DNA from: Mobula hypostoma
Lineage: Eukaryota
DNA: 64,000 nt
Direction: 5' to 3'
Assembly: GCF_963921235.1 (NCBI RefSeq)
Contig: NC_086097.1
Location: 23,686,001-23,750,000 of the forward strand
Shown in pieces: positions 12,435-24,640 of this stretch. The first letter of the stretch is position 1. Each line of letters begins with the position of its first letter. Below the pieces are notes generated by a model. The model saw only the letters and a program-made list of their open reading frames with translations. It had not been told where the DNA came from and searched no databases. A program made the position numbers and the translations under genes.

Positions 12435-12820
12435 GAGCGACGGAGGATGAGAGGTGACCTGATAGAGATGAATAAGATGAGATGCGTTAATCGTGTGGAT
12501 AGTCAGAGGCTTTTTCCTAGGGCTGAACTGGCTAGCACAAGTGGGCACAGTTTTAAGGTGCTTGGAAGTCGATACAGAGGAGATGTCAGGGGTAAGTGTT
12601 TTACGCAGAGAGCGGTGAGTGCGTGGAATGGGCTGCCGGTGACGGTGGTGGAGGTGGATACGATAGGATCTTTTAAGAGACTCCTGGACAGGAACTTGGA
12701 GCTCAGAAAAATAGAGGGCTATGAGTAACCCCAGGTAATTTCTAAGGTAGGGACATTTTTGGCACAGTTTTGTGGGCCGAAGGGCCTGTATTGTGCTGTA
12801 GGTTTTCTATGTTTCTATGA
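12435..12820 (+). mobile_element. Young CR1 LINE 3' end
   Basis: RRRMRGDLIEM...VDSQRLFPRA...FTQRAVSAWNGLP; tail ttctatgtttctatg. Confidence 0.92.
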
Positions 12821-14010
12821 GAGGTGTTGCTCTTCAGGAGGGCAAACCAGGGTAAAATTTACACTGCAAACGGTGGAACACTGAGGTGTGTGGAAGAGCA
12901 AATGGAACTGGGAACGCAGATCCATAATTCCTTGAGAGTGTCGTCACAAGTAGATAGGTCATTAAGAGAGCTGGGATGTTATGTTTAAATTGTACAAAAC
13001 ATTGCTGTGGCCAAATTTGGAGTGCACGTCTTGTCACCTACCTGCAGGAAAGACATCAATAAGTTTGAAAGAGTGAAGAGAAAAATTAATAGGATGTTCC
13101 CAGGACCCAAGTTATAGGGAACCATTGAATGGGTGAGGACTTTATTCACCGAATGAGGGGAGATCTTATAGAGGTATGACGGACTATACGGGATATGAGT
13201 AGGGTAAAAGCTTGCATTCTTTTCCCCCCACGTTTGGTGAGACTAAAACTAAAGGTCAGAGGTTTAGGGTGAAAAAAAGACTTCCAGGAAGAGGGCAGCA
13301 TGGATGCAGAGGCTACTCTGAGGCCATCCTGAGTTTATTGGCAGGCGGTGGGGAGCTGCGTGGTCTCAGTCGTAGTGAAAACTAGTCCTCAAGCTGTTGT
13401 TGCCTGTTTATCGCCACTCAGGAGAGTCTGAGGCTTCGAAGTCAGTGCACTCCACTGACAGTATGGTGCAGCATCCATGCTGCAGTCCCTGCTGCTCCCC
13501 CTAGTGTTCGCTCAGTGGAAGACGAGCCGTATTGTGTTTGAAAGCAGACTGCTGCAACATTCATGGACTCAGGGTCTTGGACTATGTTTTTCTGTGACTG
13601 TATTTTACAACTATCTTTTATGTGCATGTTATCTTATACGTGTTTTATGTGCCTTGTGCTATATATGACTATTGATACTGTGTTTTGCACTTTGGCCCTG
13701 GAGTAATGCTATTTAGTTTGGCTGTATTCATGGGTATTTATGTATGGTTGAATGACAATTAAACTTGAATATGAAATTTTTATGGGGGAACTAATGGGGA
13801 ACTACTTCACTACTGAGAATGTGGAATGAACTGTTAGCGCAAGTGGTAGATGCTGGTTTGATTTAAAATTTAAGAGAAGTTCAGCTGGGTTCAGTATGTA
13901 GATAAGAGGGGTTTGAGGCAAAATGCAGCGGGTACAGGTAGATGGGACTAGGCAGAAAAACAAGTCGGCATGGTTAAGATGGGCTGAAGGACGTGTTTCT
14001 GTGCTGCACT
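12820..14010 (+). mobile_element. Older CR1 3' region interrupted at ~13280-13770
   Basis: ttgtacaaaacattg...aatgaggggagatcttatagagg; resumes after the insertion with CR1 3' UTR-like sequence. Confidence 0.7.
13280..13770 (+). mobile_element. Non-coding element with GC-rich head and Rex-type 3' tail
   Basis: Ends ttgaatgacaattaaacttgaa, like the tail at ~45015-45040; interrupts a CR1. Confidence 0.55.
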
Positions 14011-14704
14011 GTTTAGTACGTAGAATCATGTAACGATTCAGTCATGTCTATCTGTCATAGAATGATGTGGTGATTCTTTGACTCTGTGAGGCATTCAACC
14101 AATGCCTGATCTACCCTGAACTTCATGTAAAAGATCCTGTGACGTTCTTTGGAGAGGGGTAAGGAAGATCTCTGCCCAACATCCTTTCCGCTCTTTCTCT
14201 TTTCTCCTCCTTACTGATGCTAATTGTGTGGTAAGGTTCCTATTTCTTTTTACTCATGCCATGACAGAAGGTGTTCACCTCAATTACACACAATGACTGG
14301 AGGAAATGGTCCTGAAGTACTTACAGTGTCATTCACACAAAGTGACTGGAGGAAACTGGCCCAAAGTGCAGTCCTAATCACACAATCGCAAGAGGGATTG
14401 TTGCTGCTGCGTTTGCCGTGTCACAAAACACAATGAGCAGGGCAAATGCACCCTCGTTATCATTTCTCATGTCATTTTCAGCTCAGGAAAGATGTAACGT
14501 GTGCAGAAGGGGACTCAGTGGCAAAGCACTACAGTTAGTCTGACTGTTAATGAACAAGCAACAACACACATCATCTTGTGGTGATTATTCTGTGGTTAAT
14601 CAAGTGTGCACTGCCAGTGATGATATAAGCTGCAGGTGAGCTACATGTCCTTAATGCTCACTAAGGAATGTTAATGTTTGTGTTATCATTATTGAATTTT
14701 ACCA

Positions 14705-15003
14705 AATTAGAATCAGGTTTATTTTCAAAGGCATGTCATAAAATTTGTTGTTTTGCGGCAGCAGTACTGTGCAATACATTTAAAAAAATTACTGTAAGTT
14801 ACAATAAGAAATATATTAAAAATAATTAGTGCAAAAAGAAAGCAAAGGGTGAGAGTTTATGGGTTGGTTTTATTATCTGTAGTAGGAAGAAGGCATGTCC
14901 GGGATGGTGAAGGTCCTTAGTGACTGATTCTACCTTCTTGGGTTGTCACCTATTGAAGATGTCTTTGATAATGGGGAGGCTAGTATCCAGGATGGAACTG
15001 GCT
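14705..15003 (-). mobile_element. Rex1-type 3' end
   Basis: agaatcaggtttatt...tttgttgttttgcggcagcagtac is the reverse of the (GATTCT)n-tailed Rex end. Confidence 0.7.
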
Positions 15004-16236
15004 GACAGGATAGAGAGTAACCCAGAGTCTGTGCTACATTATGCACCTGACCGTGCCAGCTTCTGAGGTTTAAACGCTCTCACTCTCCGGAATATGGATC
15101 GCTGGCCCGGTCCCTTTAAAGATACAAGCCTGCCGTGAAAATTGGCCATGTTTTGGCACCAGGATTTTAATCTTTAAAGAGCAGCTGAACTGAGGTTCAC
15201 AGCTCAATCATCTGCTCTACTTGGATTCTCATTTCAATCTAGCTGAGAACGCTGACCTTAGTCTCATATTGCGTCTCGATCCTAGTCTTATACTCCAACA
15301 CTTGGGTCCTTGCCATCCTTATCTAGGTCTCTCGTCACAGTCTATAGTTGACTCCTGAAAATTCTATCATTTTTAATGCAAAAAAGTATTCATGTTATTC
15401 CCTTATTAATCAAGGAATGTGAATAATGCAGAACATGCTATAAAATTCTCTTATACAAATGACGCGTTTGAATTAAATGAGAGGTATATAATGGGCTGAG
15501 AGCTTTGTCTAGTTAAAGGAACATTGAGTCAGTCAGCTGTGTTGAGGTTGTTAATCCTTTCCATGACTGTGGTTCTGTTTCACGTGCAGGAAATGTACTA
15601 ATGAGTGGCTCTGTGCTGACAGATGCTTCCAAAACAAAAACAGACTCATAAAGAATAAAACAAAAGAATATAAACATATGGATATTGGAAGTGATAAGAT
15701 ATGCCCCAAGAGATTTCATGCCCAAAATGTAATCTTCAGATTCTGAGAAACTGCTCAATGACTTCTAGCCCTTCTTAATCCACTTTTAAAATCCCTATAG
15801 TCCTCCATCCAACCTCTGTTTGTTTTCCAGCCTGTGGTATATATCTAGGTCTGTTGAGAAGCCAACTAGACCCACCATTAAGTTTCAGCTTTAAATTCAT
15901 TTCACCGCAGCACAAAGCAGATTTATCACTCTTACATTTTTCAGCTGCGGCTTGTGGGGACAGGGTTTAAGTGCACAGAGTGGGGCTCGATTGCTGGGGA
16001 TCCATTGCTTCTGGTTGCTGGAGACAAGGTCTACCGTCGTGGAGGAGGTCCTGAAATTTGACAGAACTCTGGACAGGGAAACAAGGTTTTGGCAGGAAAT
16101 TGAGTATGGGTATTTGGCTCACTCCGAATTCTTGGTGTCTCTGTGATGAGACTCCAGAGTAGGAATACTTTTGCTGACATTGATAGGAGCATCTGAGCAT
16201 TACTTGAAAACTTCTATGAGATATTGGCATCTATTA

Positions 16237-16929
16237 GTGTGGAGGAACTGAGAGCTCTTGGGGTCTGTGTCGATAGGACACCCAAAGCTGCTGCACAGGT
16301 TAACGGTGTTGTTAAGAAGGCGTATGGTGTGTTGGCATTCATCAACTATGAGACTGAGTTCAAGAGCCAAGAGATAAAAGACCTTGGTCAGACCCCACTT
16401 GGAGTACTGTGTTCAGTTCTGGTCACCTCAATACAGGAAAGATGCAGATACTATAGGCAGAGTGCAGAGGACATTTACAAGGATGTTGCCTGGATTGGAG
16501 GGCATACCTTATGAGAATATTTTGGGTGGACTTAGCCTTTTCTCCTTGGAGCGATGGAGGATGAGAGATGACTTGATAGAGGTGTATAAGATGATGAGGG
16601 GCATTGACTGTGTGGATAGCCAAAGACTTTTTCCCAGGGCTGAAATGGCTCGCATGAGGGAGCATAAGGTGCCTTGAAGTAGGTACCGAGGGGAGGTCAG
16701 GGGTAAGGTTTTCACACAGAGACTGGTGGGTGCGTGGAATGCATTGCTGGTGGTGGTGGTGGAAGCAGATACAATAGGGTCTTTTAAAAGCCTCTTAGAT
16801 AGGTTAATGGAGCTTAGAAAAATAGAGGGCTATGCACTTGGGAAATTCTCGGCAGTCTCTAGAGTAGGTTACACAGTCAGCACGACAATGTGGGCTGAAG
16901 GGCCTGTAATGTGATGTAAATTTCTTTGT
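16237..16929 (+). mobile_element. 5'-truncated CR1 LINE with 7-bp TSD TCTATTA
   Basis: LVRPHLEYCVQFWSPQYRKD...VQRTFTRMLPGLE; TSD at 16230-16236 and 16930-16936. Confidence 0.93.
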
Positions 16930-17047
16930 TCTATTATATATGATCATTTGAAACAGGTTCTTCAGAGTTTAAACCTGTTGAAACCTTCTATGAGATATTG
17001 GCATCTATTATATTTGATTATTTGAAGCAGGTTCTTCAGAGTGTAAC

Positions 17048-17078
17048 TGTGTGTGTGTGTGTGTGTGTGTGTTTGTGT
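17048..17078. repeat. (GT)n microsatellite
   Basis: Directly visible. Confidence 0.95.
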
Positions 17079-17703
17079 TCCTACCTCTACCACCTCTCTT
17101 ACTCTCTCAATTTTCTCTCTCTTGAAAAGCTGTAGCTACACTGAAAAGAAATGTGGGATTTAAACAGCAAATTCATCCGTAGAGTTAGTCCACTTTGGCC
17201 ATTCATGTATTTCTGAGGTCTGCATGCTGCCAAATGTTTATCAGCCTTCTAATGTAATGAATATACGCTACTCAAGGACCGAGAGGCTTATTGTTAACCT
17301 GAGCTTTCTTCCACAGGAGCACAGCCTTTGCAAAGGGTCAGAGTTGTTCTTGGCAAAGTTAACTTCTAACCAGTATTCCCTGCTCAGCTTTTTGTTATAA
17401 ACAAGTAGACAATAGGTCTTATAGGCCCATGGTTAATCAACATAAAACAATAAGGTTGTGTTAATTGGGCTGTGTCAAACCAGAAGACACTGGTAAATTA
17501 TTTGCACCATTATGACTGAGTTCAAAGAAGCTTGTAGACCAGACTGATTTTGTCACATTTTCAAACATAGTCGCAGATAAGACTATGGGATATTTTTATG
17601 TACTCAGAGTCAGCCCTCACAGCATTAAAATTTTGTGTCTGGGATCTCTGTCCCCAGAAACATCTAGACCATCTGTGTGAATTACTTTGTCTCGGCAAAG
17701 GTA

Positions 17704-18011
17704 AAAGGCATCCGCTAGTCTTGCGAGACCATAGATGCCTGGGAAGTCTTAACTCTCCAGGGCGCAGGCCTGGGCAAGGTTGTATGGAAGACCAGCAGTT
17801 GCCCATGCTGCAAGTTTCCCCTCTCCACGACACCAATGTTGTCCAAGGGAAGGGCATTAGGACCCATACAGCTTGGCACCAGTGTCGTCGCAGAGCAACG
17901 TGTGGTTAAGTGCCTTGCTCAAGGACAGAACACGTTCCCTCGGCTGGGGCTCGAACTCACGACCTTCAGGTCGCTAGTCTAATGCCTTAACCACTTGGCC
18001 ACGTGCCCACA
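17704..18011 (-). mobile_element. Full-length tRNA-derived SINE (tRNA head, CORE-like segment, RTE-like tail) with 9-bp TSD
   Basis: Minus: A box tggccaagtgg, B box gagttcgagcc, cttgagcaaggcacttaacc, 3' atggtctcgcaagactagcggatgcc; TSD GCAAAGGTA at 17695-17703 and 18012-18020. Confidence 0.85.
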
Positions 18012-18619
18012 GCAAAGGTACAGTATATGAAAAACATCACATGCATATGGCGTCAACTAGTAGCAAAACAGTATAAATGACAGAAAAATAAGGTGACAGA
18101 AATAAGAACTAGAATTCATTTCTTAACCATCAGTTTCTGCAACAGAAGACTCCTTCATCTGCAACTCGTTGGTATATTCTTTTAGTTCATAAGAATGTTG
18201 CATTTGTTTGGAAATCCTTTGTAGTTTATAACTCTTTATAATTTGGAAATCCTTAAAAATCAGAAATTTTTGGTGAGTTTTATAATGTGAGCTAAGAACG
18301 ATTTGTCTAAAAGTAAATGTGTTTCATTAAAAATAGAATGAGCTGTGTTTAAATGACTTTGTTAGCTGGGAACTATCTCCTCCTTGGTGGGGAGAGGGCA
18401 TTCGCCACTAGGGAAGTGGGCATTAGCAGCTAGACCTTGCCGCACAGACTTGACAGCGAAGTAAGCCTATCCTTGAAGAGTGGGTGGATACAGTATAACC
18501 ACCCTATAGTGAGGGTACCCAAACAAATCTATACCAGATAGGACTTCAGAGATTCGGGCTTTGCAGACAGTGAACCCAATACCATCGCACTGAGACTGTA
18601 GTGAACAATTCCTTTTTTA

Positions 18620-18955
18620 ACTGCCCATTACACTGCTGAAGTTTAGGGCAGCAACGAAAGACCTCCATCTCTGTCTGTCCATACAGTCGCGCACAGACTT
18701 AGAAGGACTCTTCATTACTGTTTCCATAGCAGTTTTTTTTTAACCGGTCAAGGTTGTTAACCCTGAGCTGAACCTCTGAACCTGGAGGACCAGTGGGCCA
18801 GTCTTAGTCTGACCTTTACCCTTTGACCTGCTTGACTTGGCTGACCCTACCAAGAGCCAAAGCGCAAGGCCCTGATTCTAGCTGATGCAGCTCTCCAGGT
18901 CATTGAGGTATGCAAGCTTTCAAACCCAATGACAAAGTTGTGGTCCTCTTGGAGG
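18620..18955 (-). mobile_element. Non-autonomous RTE-derived bipartite element (same family as 9004-9422)
   Basis: Collinear similarity, from ctgcccatta to ccctttgacctg, caagagccaaagc and tggtcctcttggagg. Confidence 0.7.
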
Positions 18956-20579
18956 GAACAAATGGTTCTTCACTCCTAATTTCTGCCTGTAAAATGGATG
19001 CAATACAGATACATTTCTCCAACTGTGCTATCTTTATGGGCACTGCTTGCTGCCTTTTGTTTGGACAATCAAAATCTCCCCATTAACTCATTCTCTTGCA
19101 ATATCTCCCACACATCTATAACTTCCTGATAAATGTTCTCACGGCTCAATTAGATTGTGACTTTCTCTTAACTATCTGTAGGTTTCCATTATTCTATATA
19201 AATAGCTGCCTGCAAAGGAATTTGCATCACAGGTCACCTTAGCTTTGGGCAGAGCATTTGTCTCATAAATTTGCTTCATTTCTAGGAATAGGGCTGTTAA
19301 AACACCAGTTTATTTTGTGTTTTTTTTTAATGGTGCTTTTAAATAGCTTTTGTGTGCAAGGTTGAGAGAAAAAGTTCCATGGGTAGGTCAGTAATTTGCA
19401 ATAAATAAAGCCCACCACCAGTGTAGGCTGACTCATACCACAGATAAAAATCAGAGAATCAGTGAGTTATTGTACACAGTGCAATGGCCATTCACTATCA
19501 TTCTGCCTGTGCCTGATAATAGTTCTTGTATTACCAAACTGAGCTCCGTAATAGCACCAAAGTCTTGCTGACGCAAGATGTATCAGCTTCTCCAGTGTCT
19601 TAGCTCTATTAATCCAACTTCTTAATGCAAGGATATCTGAAGCTGATAGTAATAACTCACAGAGTGGAGGCAAGCATTTGAAGGAGCAATGGGAGCCTGA
19701 AATGCCTAAATATTAGCTACTTTGCTGAATATATTACTGTTCCCACGGAAACAGTTTCCGACTGAACTAAGAAATAAGTTCAATTTTATAGGCATTCAGT
19801 GATACACGTGTATACAGCTAAACGAAACATTGTTCCTCTGGGGGCAATGTGAAAAACACAGTACATATAGTCACACACAACAATCCAGCACAGGCATTCT
19901 CAAAATAATACTAACACAAGCCACTGTGTGTGGTATGGTCAGTATTTTGTATTATTAATTGTCCAAAAGGTTCTTGTAATCGAAGAAAAATGTGGAAGAG
20001 GGACATTTGCACCTTTTGTTGGACTAGGAGAGATCACTGCGATTAAGGGGACTGCCAGGGAACACAGAACACAACAAGCAACAAAACAATAACAGCCGAC
20101 AAAACACCAACAGCAACACAAGACCCTCTCCTCTCTCCTACCCATCCGCACATACATAGTCCTCTAATCTCATGCCTTCTTTGGTACTTCTTTGATCTTC
20201 GATGCTGATAGGTGGAGATGCAGGAATTTGTGGAGCATTAGCATTAACATAGAAGTAGGAGCGGGAGTAGGTACACTGGCATTCCATAGAATCAGGGCTG
20301 ATCTGATCTTGGACACAATTCCTCTATCACACATAATGCTCTTAATGCTTGATTAACCTGCAGTCATACATGAGTCTTTCTCAACCTTCACATACTCAAT
20401 AACTCAGCAGATGTGTGTCACTGAGGATGAAAATTCCAAAACTCCAGGTCAGGTTGTCTGCTTACGTGTGGACAGAGGTGTAGACCTGTTCACAAAAGAG
20501 AGAGACAATATATTTTTGAGGATGCAAGAAAAGTGCAGGAAATTGGAATAAACCACAGATTCAATTTGGGTAGCCTTCA

Positions 20580-20985
20580 ACTTCAGAGTTCAAACTAACA
20601 TTATTATCACAAAGTTGCATATATGTCACCAAATGCCACACTGAGATTCATTTCCTTGTGGACAATTGCAGTAGAATAAATAAATAAAACAGAATAAATG
20701 AAAATCTACACACAAAGACTGACAGTCAATGTGCAAAAGAAGACAACATGTGCAAATACAAGAATAATAATAATGAACAAATAACGCTGAGAGCATGACT
20801 TGCAATGCACTTGAAAGTAAATCCATAGGTTGTGGAATCAGTTCAGTGTCGAGATGAGTGAAGTTATCCATGCTTGTTCAGGAGTCTGATGGTTGAAGGG
20901 CAATAACTGTCCCTGAATCTGGTGGTGTGGGACCTTAGGCTCCTGTTCCTCCTTCCGGATGGCAGGAGCAAGAAGAAAAGAGAAG
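20580..20985 (-). mobile_element. Rex1-type 3' end
   Basis: taactgtccctgaatctggtggtgtgggaccttaggctcctgttcctccttccggatggcag is the reverse of the Rex 3' end. Confidence 0.75.
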
Positions 20986-21215
20986 CTGAAGGCCTGAACA
21001 TTGATTTCTCTGGTAATTTCCCCCCCTCTCTTTCTCTATTTTTCCATTCTCCATTCTGGTTTCCCTCACACCCCTTCTGTTCTCTTGACCATCACCTCCA
21101 GCTGGTTCTGCTCACCTGACCATCACCTCCAACTGGTTCTCTTCCTCCTTCCCTTTCTTTCATGGTCCATTGTCCTCTCATATTAGATTCCTTCTTCTTC
21201 AGTCTTTCCTTTCAT
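20985..21215 (+). mobile_element. Penelope ORF C-terminus (GLNIDFS) plus 3' region containing a 31-bp tandem duplication
   Basis: ggcctgaacattgatttctct matches GMNIEFS at ~48833; tgaccatcacctcca.ctggttct repeated at ~21087 and ~21118. Confidence 0.65.
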
Positions 21216-21309
21216 CAGAAGGATTCTGTGGTTCAAGTAAGTGGCTCATCACTACTTTCTGAAGAGCAATTGGAGATCTGGGTAATACATGCTGAGAATA
21301 AAACAACAC

Positions 21310-21700
21310 CAAGATCTCTATGAGGAATAGAAAAGGATGCCAGGATTAGAAGTGGGCTGTGAGCTGTTTTGAGCACCTTATCTAAGAAAGGAAATGCTGG
21401 CATTGGAGAGGATCCAGACAAGGCTCATAGGAATTATTCCGGGAATGAAAGTGTAACACGAGGAAGGCTCTAGGCCTGTAATCACTGAAGTTTAGAAGTA
21501 TAAGCAGGAATCACATTGAAAACTACTGAATGTTGAAAGGCCCAGTTAGAATGGATGTGGAGATAATGTTTCCAATAGTAGGAAGGTCTAGGGTGAGGGC
21601 ACAGCCTTTGAGTACAAGGACATCCCTTTAGAACTGAGATGTGGAGGGATGTCTTTAACCAGAGAGTGGTGAATCTGTGGAATTCATTGTTACAGATTGC
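21310..21700 (+). mobile_element. CR1 LINE 3' fragment
   Basis: gcaccttatctaagaaagg...agagtggtgaatctgtggaattcattg. Confidence 0.8.
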
Positions 21701-21749
21701 CTATTGGTGGGACTTCAGGTGACTGTAGATGCCAATCTGGGAGCAACGT

Positions 21750-22825
21750 AATCTTGCCCTCTTCATGTTTGGTGATCAGCACGGGACTTAATCGGGCATG
21801 TCAGGATAGATTCTCTTGATGGAGAATGCCTGCATGTGACTTTGGAACATACAGTAGAACAGTACAACACAGGAACAGGCCCTTTAGCCCACAATGTGGT
21901 GCTGAACCTATTAAACTAGTAATGTAATGGCCAACTAAACTAATCCGCTCTTTCTACACAATGTCCATATCCTTCCATTTCCATCACGTTCATGCTTCTA
22001 TCTAAACGTCTCTTAGAAGTCCCCAGTGTATCTGCCTTTACCACTACCCCAGGCAGTACATTCCAGACACTCACCACTGTCTGTGTAAAAAACATGCTCC
22101 TCACATCTCCTTTGAACTTATCCCCTCTATCTAAAATTCATGCCCTCTTGTATTACACATTTCAACCCTGGAAAAAGATGCTGCGGTCTGTCTAATCTAT
22201 CTATGTCTCTCTTAATCATGTAAAACTCTGTCAGATCTCGACTCTCTGCCTCTGTCTCTTCGGAGAAAATGACCCAAGTTTGTCTAATACCTCATTATAG
22301 CACATCCCCTCTAGTCCAGGCAGCATCCGGTAAACCTCTATAGTTCCATCTCCAAAGCTATGACATCCTTCCTATAATGGTGTGACCAGAATTGTATGCA
22401 GTACTCTGGGTGTGGCCTAACTAGAGATTTATAAAGCTGCAGCATAACTTCCTGACTTTTAAAGTCAATGGCTCAATTAATAAAGGCAAACATGCTATAT
22501 GCGTTTGTTTAACATGAGAAGGCTGATGCATAGGCAGCCACCACACAGCCTTTGACAGATCGGTGTCACGGTCCAGTGGCATGGAGTACAAGACGACTAC
22601 GGACCCTTTACTGCTTCAGCCTTCCTCTGTACTCACTGCCGTTGTGACCTTCCACCAGATCAACCTTTGACGTCTTGGTTGGATCACTCTTTCTCTGGAA
22701 ATTCACCATTGACCTTATCGCCACGGGTGACCCTACCAGGAGCTAAACTTCAGTTGGCATCACTATTGGCATCTCAGAAACTCACAAGCCTCTTCACCAT
22801 CATAAGGTGGAGATCCTCAGAGTAG
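21750..22825 (-). mobile_element. RTE-derived bipartite element interrupted by a CR1 3' fragment (21845-22505, -)
   Basis: gatggagaatgcctgcatgtgactttg and tttgtttaac...ggcagccaccacacag rejoin into a sequence collinear with 50335-50680; RTE leader at ~22710-22820. Confidence 0.65.
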
Positions 22826-23288
22826 AATTCTGCTTTATCTTTAAAGAGAGCATATTTATTTCAGTGGGTTGTAGTGTGTGGTATCTTAAAGGTGGTGTAA
22901 AGTATATGTGGGATGTGGGAATATAAAACAATTTATAGGCAGACTCAAAAAACTGATGAATCTTATTCATACTGCAGCTTTCCATATGTTGTCGTCTCTA
23001 TTCCAATTGCCTTTATACATGAAAATAGCCAGCTGTTCTCATTTGGCACGAGATGAATTGCCACAGCTTCTGGCAAATCCCAGCTGGTGTTCAATCCTGT
23101 TCTTCATTATACTTCATGTTCTGAATTCAGCTGTGGCACTTTTCACTATGACACAGAGTGCACTTACTCATATTGAGATGGGGAGTCACTCTACGATAAG
23201 ACCATCGACATAGGAGCAGATTCAAGCCATTTGGCCCATTGAGTCTGTTTCACCATTTTCTTCTGGCTGATTTGTTTTATTTCTCAAT

Positions 23289-24119
23289 CAATGTCCTTCC
23301 TAATTTGTAATGACCAGTGTGTACAAAAATCTTGTGCTGTGCAATTTTTTGCCGAGTGCCAACAACATGAGTGCACTGAATTTTTAAGTGGAAGTAAACC
23401 TGAAGCTATTCTAGAGATAATTAATTACCAAGTCCAGTTTGTTGTTTATCGTTTCAAAGAAATAAAATAACTGTTGATAAGAACTTTGATCTTCTCTAGC
23501 TTTGATCATTTTCCCTCTGGTTCATCTGCACTCTCACAAAACATATGTAGCAGCCCTGTAGCAGGTAATGAAGGATTTTCTCACTGGAGATTTTGCACAC
23601 TGTCCATGTGTGATCACTTGCTGAATGATGCTTTAAAAAATCAATTTTCCAAATATCACTCTGCTTCTTCCCACTTGCAAATTCTCCAGCAACTTTTGCA
23701 TCACAACAGTACATGCAGTAGCACCAGTTTCTCTACTGTCCATCAATATTTGTAGGACCTGCATGTTCCAGACCTCATGAGCTTCTGGTGTAGCAGTTTC
23801 TACTGTTTCATTAAGCCGCTCTGCTTCAAATAAACTATTAGTTCTTTTGTGCTTCATGCTCTTTGCTTCTTTGGAATTCGACATAGTGAATCAATATTTT
23901 TTCAATTAAAACAGTATAAATAAGCCAGTTGTAAAATCTGTGGACAAATCATCACAAACTCCACATTGCCAACACTGTCTGCATCAGAAACCGGAAAAGG
24001 AAATGTGGTTGTGTACGGTCGTGAAATATACCTAGCATGCCAACAAGGTCAAGGGTGACAACCTTTTGTGCGCAGTTTAAATTCATTTGTGCACTAACAG
24101 CACTTTAAAGGGAACAATG
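23289..24119 (-). mobile_element. hAT-superfamily DNA transposon, internal-deletion derivative
   Basis: Termini CAATGTCCTTCCTAA and TTAAAGGGAACAATG (imperfect TIR); 8-bp flanks TTCTCAAT/CTCTCAAC; inserted in a CR1 3' end; minus-strand CMYCCDAKVAGEFASGKKQSDIWKIDFLKHHSASDH resembles the N-terminal zinc finger of hAT/ZNF862-type transposases. Confidence 0.7.
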
Positions 24120-24454
24120 CTCTCAACACTATTCATCTGCCTTCTTCTGGTAAACTTTGACAGATTGACCTTGGCAGAGGTTAAAAGGTCAGCACAATAT
24201 GCTGGGCAGAAGGGACTGCACATTGCTGTACTGTTCTATATTCTGCATTCAGGATACAAAACATTTGACCATCTTATGTACTGTAACTGTCATATTTCTA
24301 TGTCACTTCCAGCTTTATCTGTGGTCAATGGTAAACTCACTTCTCACCTGCCCAATATGTTAGTGGTGGAGCAGTTGGTGTTGGACTGCCAGTAACTATC
24401 CAGTGTGGGATATTAGGTTCTCTGTTCTGTTAGTCAAAGTGATGGTTTTTCTTG

Positions 24455-24640
24455 GGAACAATGAAACAAGCTGTTGGAGGAACTCAGCAGGTCAGGCAGC
24501 ATTCTTGGAGGGAAATGGCCAGTCAATGCTTCGGGTCAAGATCCTTCTTCTAGATGGATAAGGGGTGTGGACCAGAAATGTCAATTTTACATTTTTCTGC
24601 CCAGATGCTGCCTGATCCACTGAGTCCTCCAGCAGCTCAA
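24455..24640. mobile_element. Head-to-head inverted pair of Penelope terminal-repeat fragments
   Basis: gctgttggaggaactcagcaggtcaggcagcat versus atgctgcctgatccactgagtcctccagcagc. Confidence 0.7.

Noticed and set aside
15003..15339. Possible solo LTR (TG...GTCACA)
   Set aside because: No TSD, primer-binding site or second copy could be confirmed
17940..18010. tRNA gene on the minus strand
   Set aside because: It is the head of a SINE flanked by a TSD and lacks a proper acceptor stem
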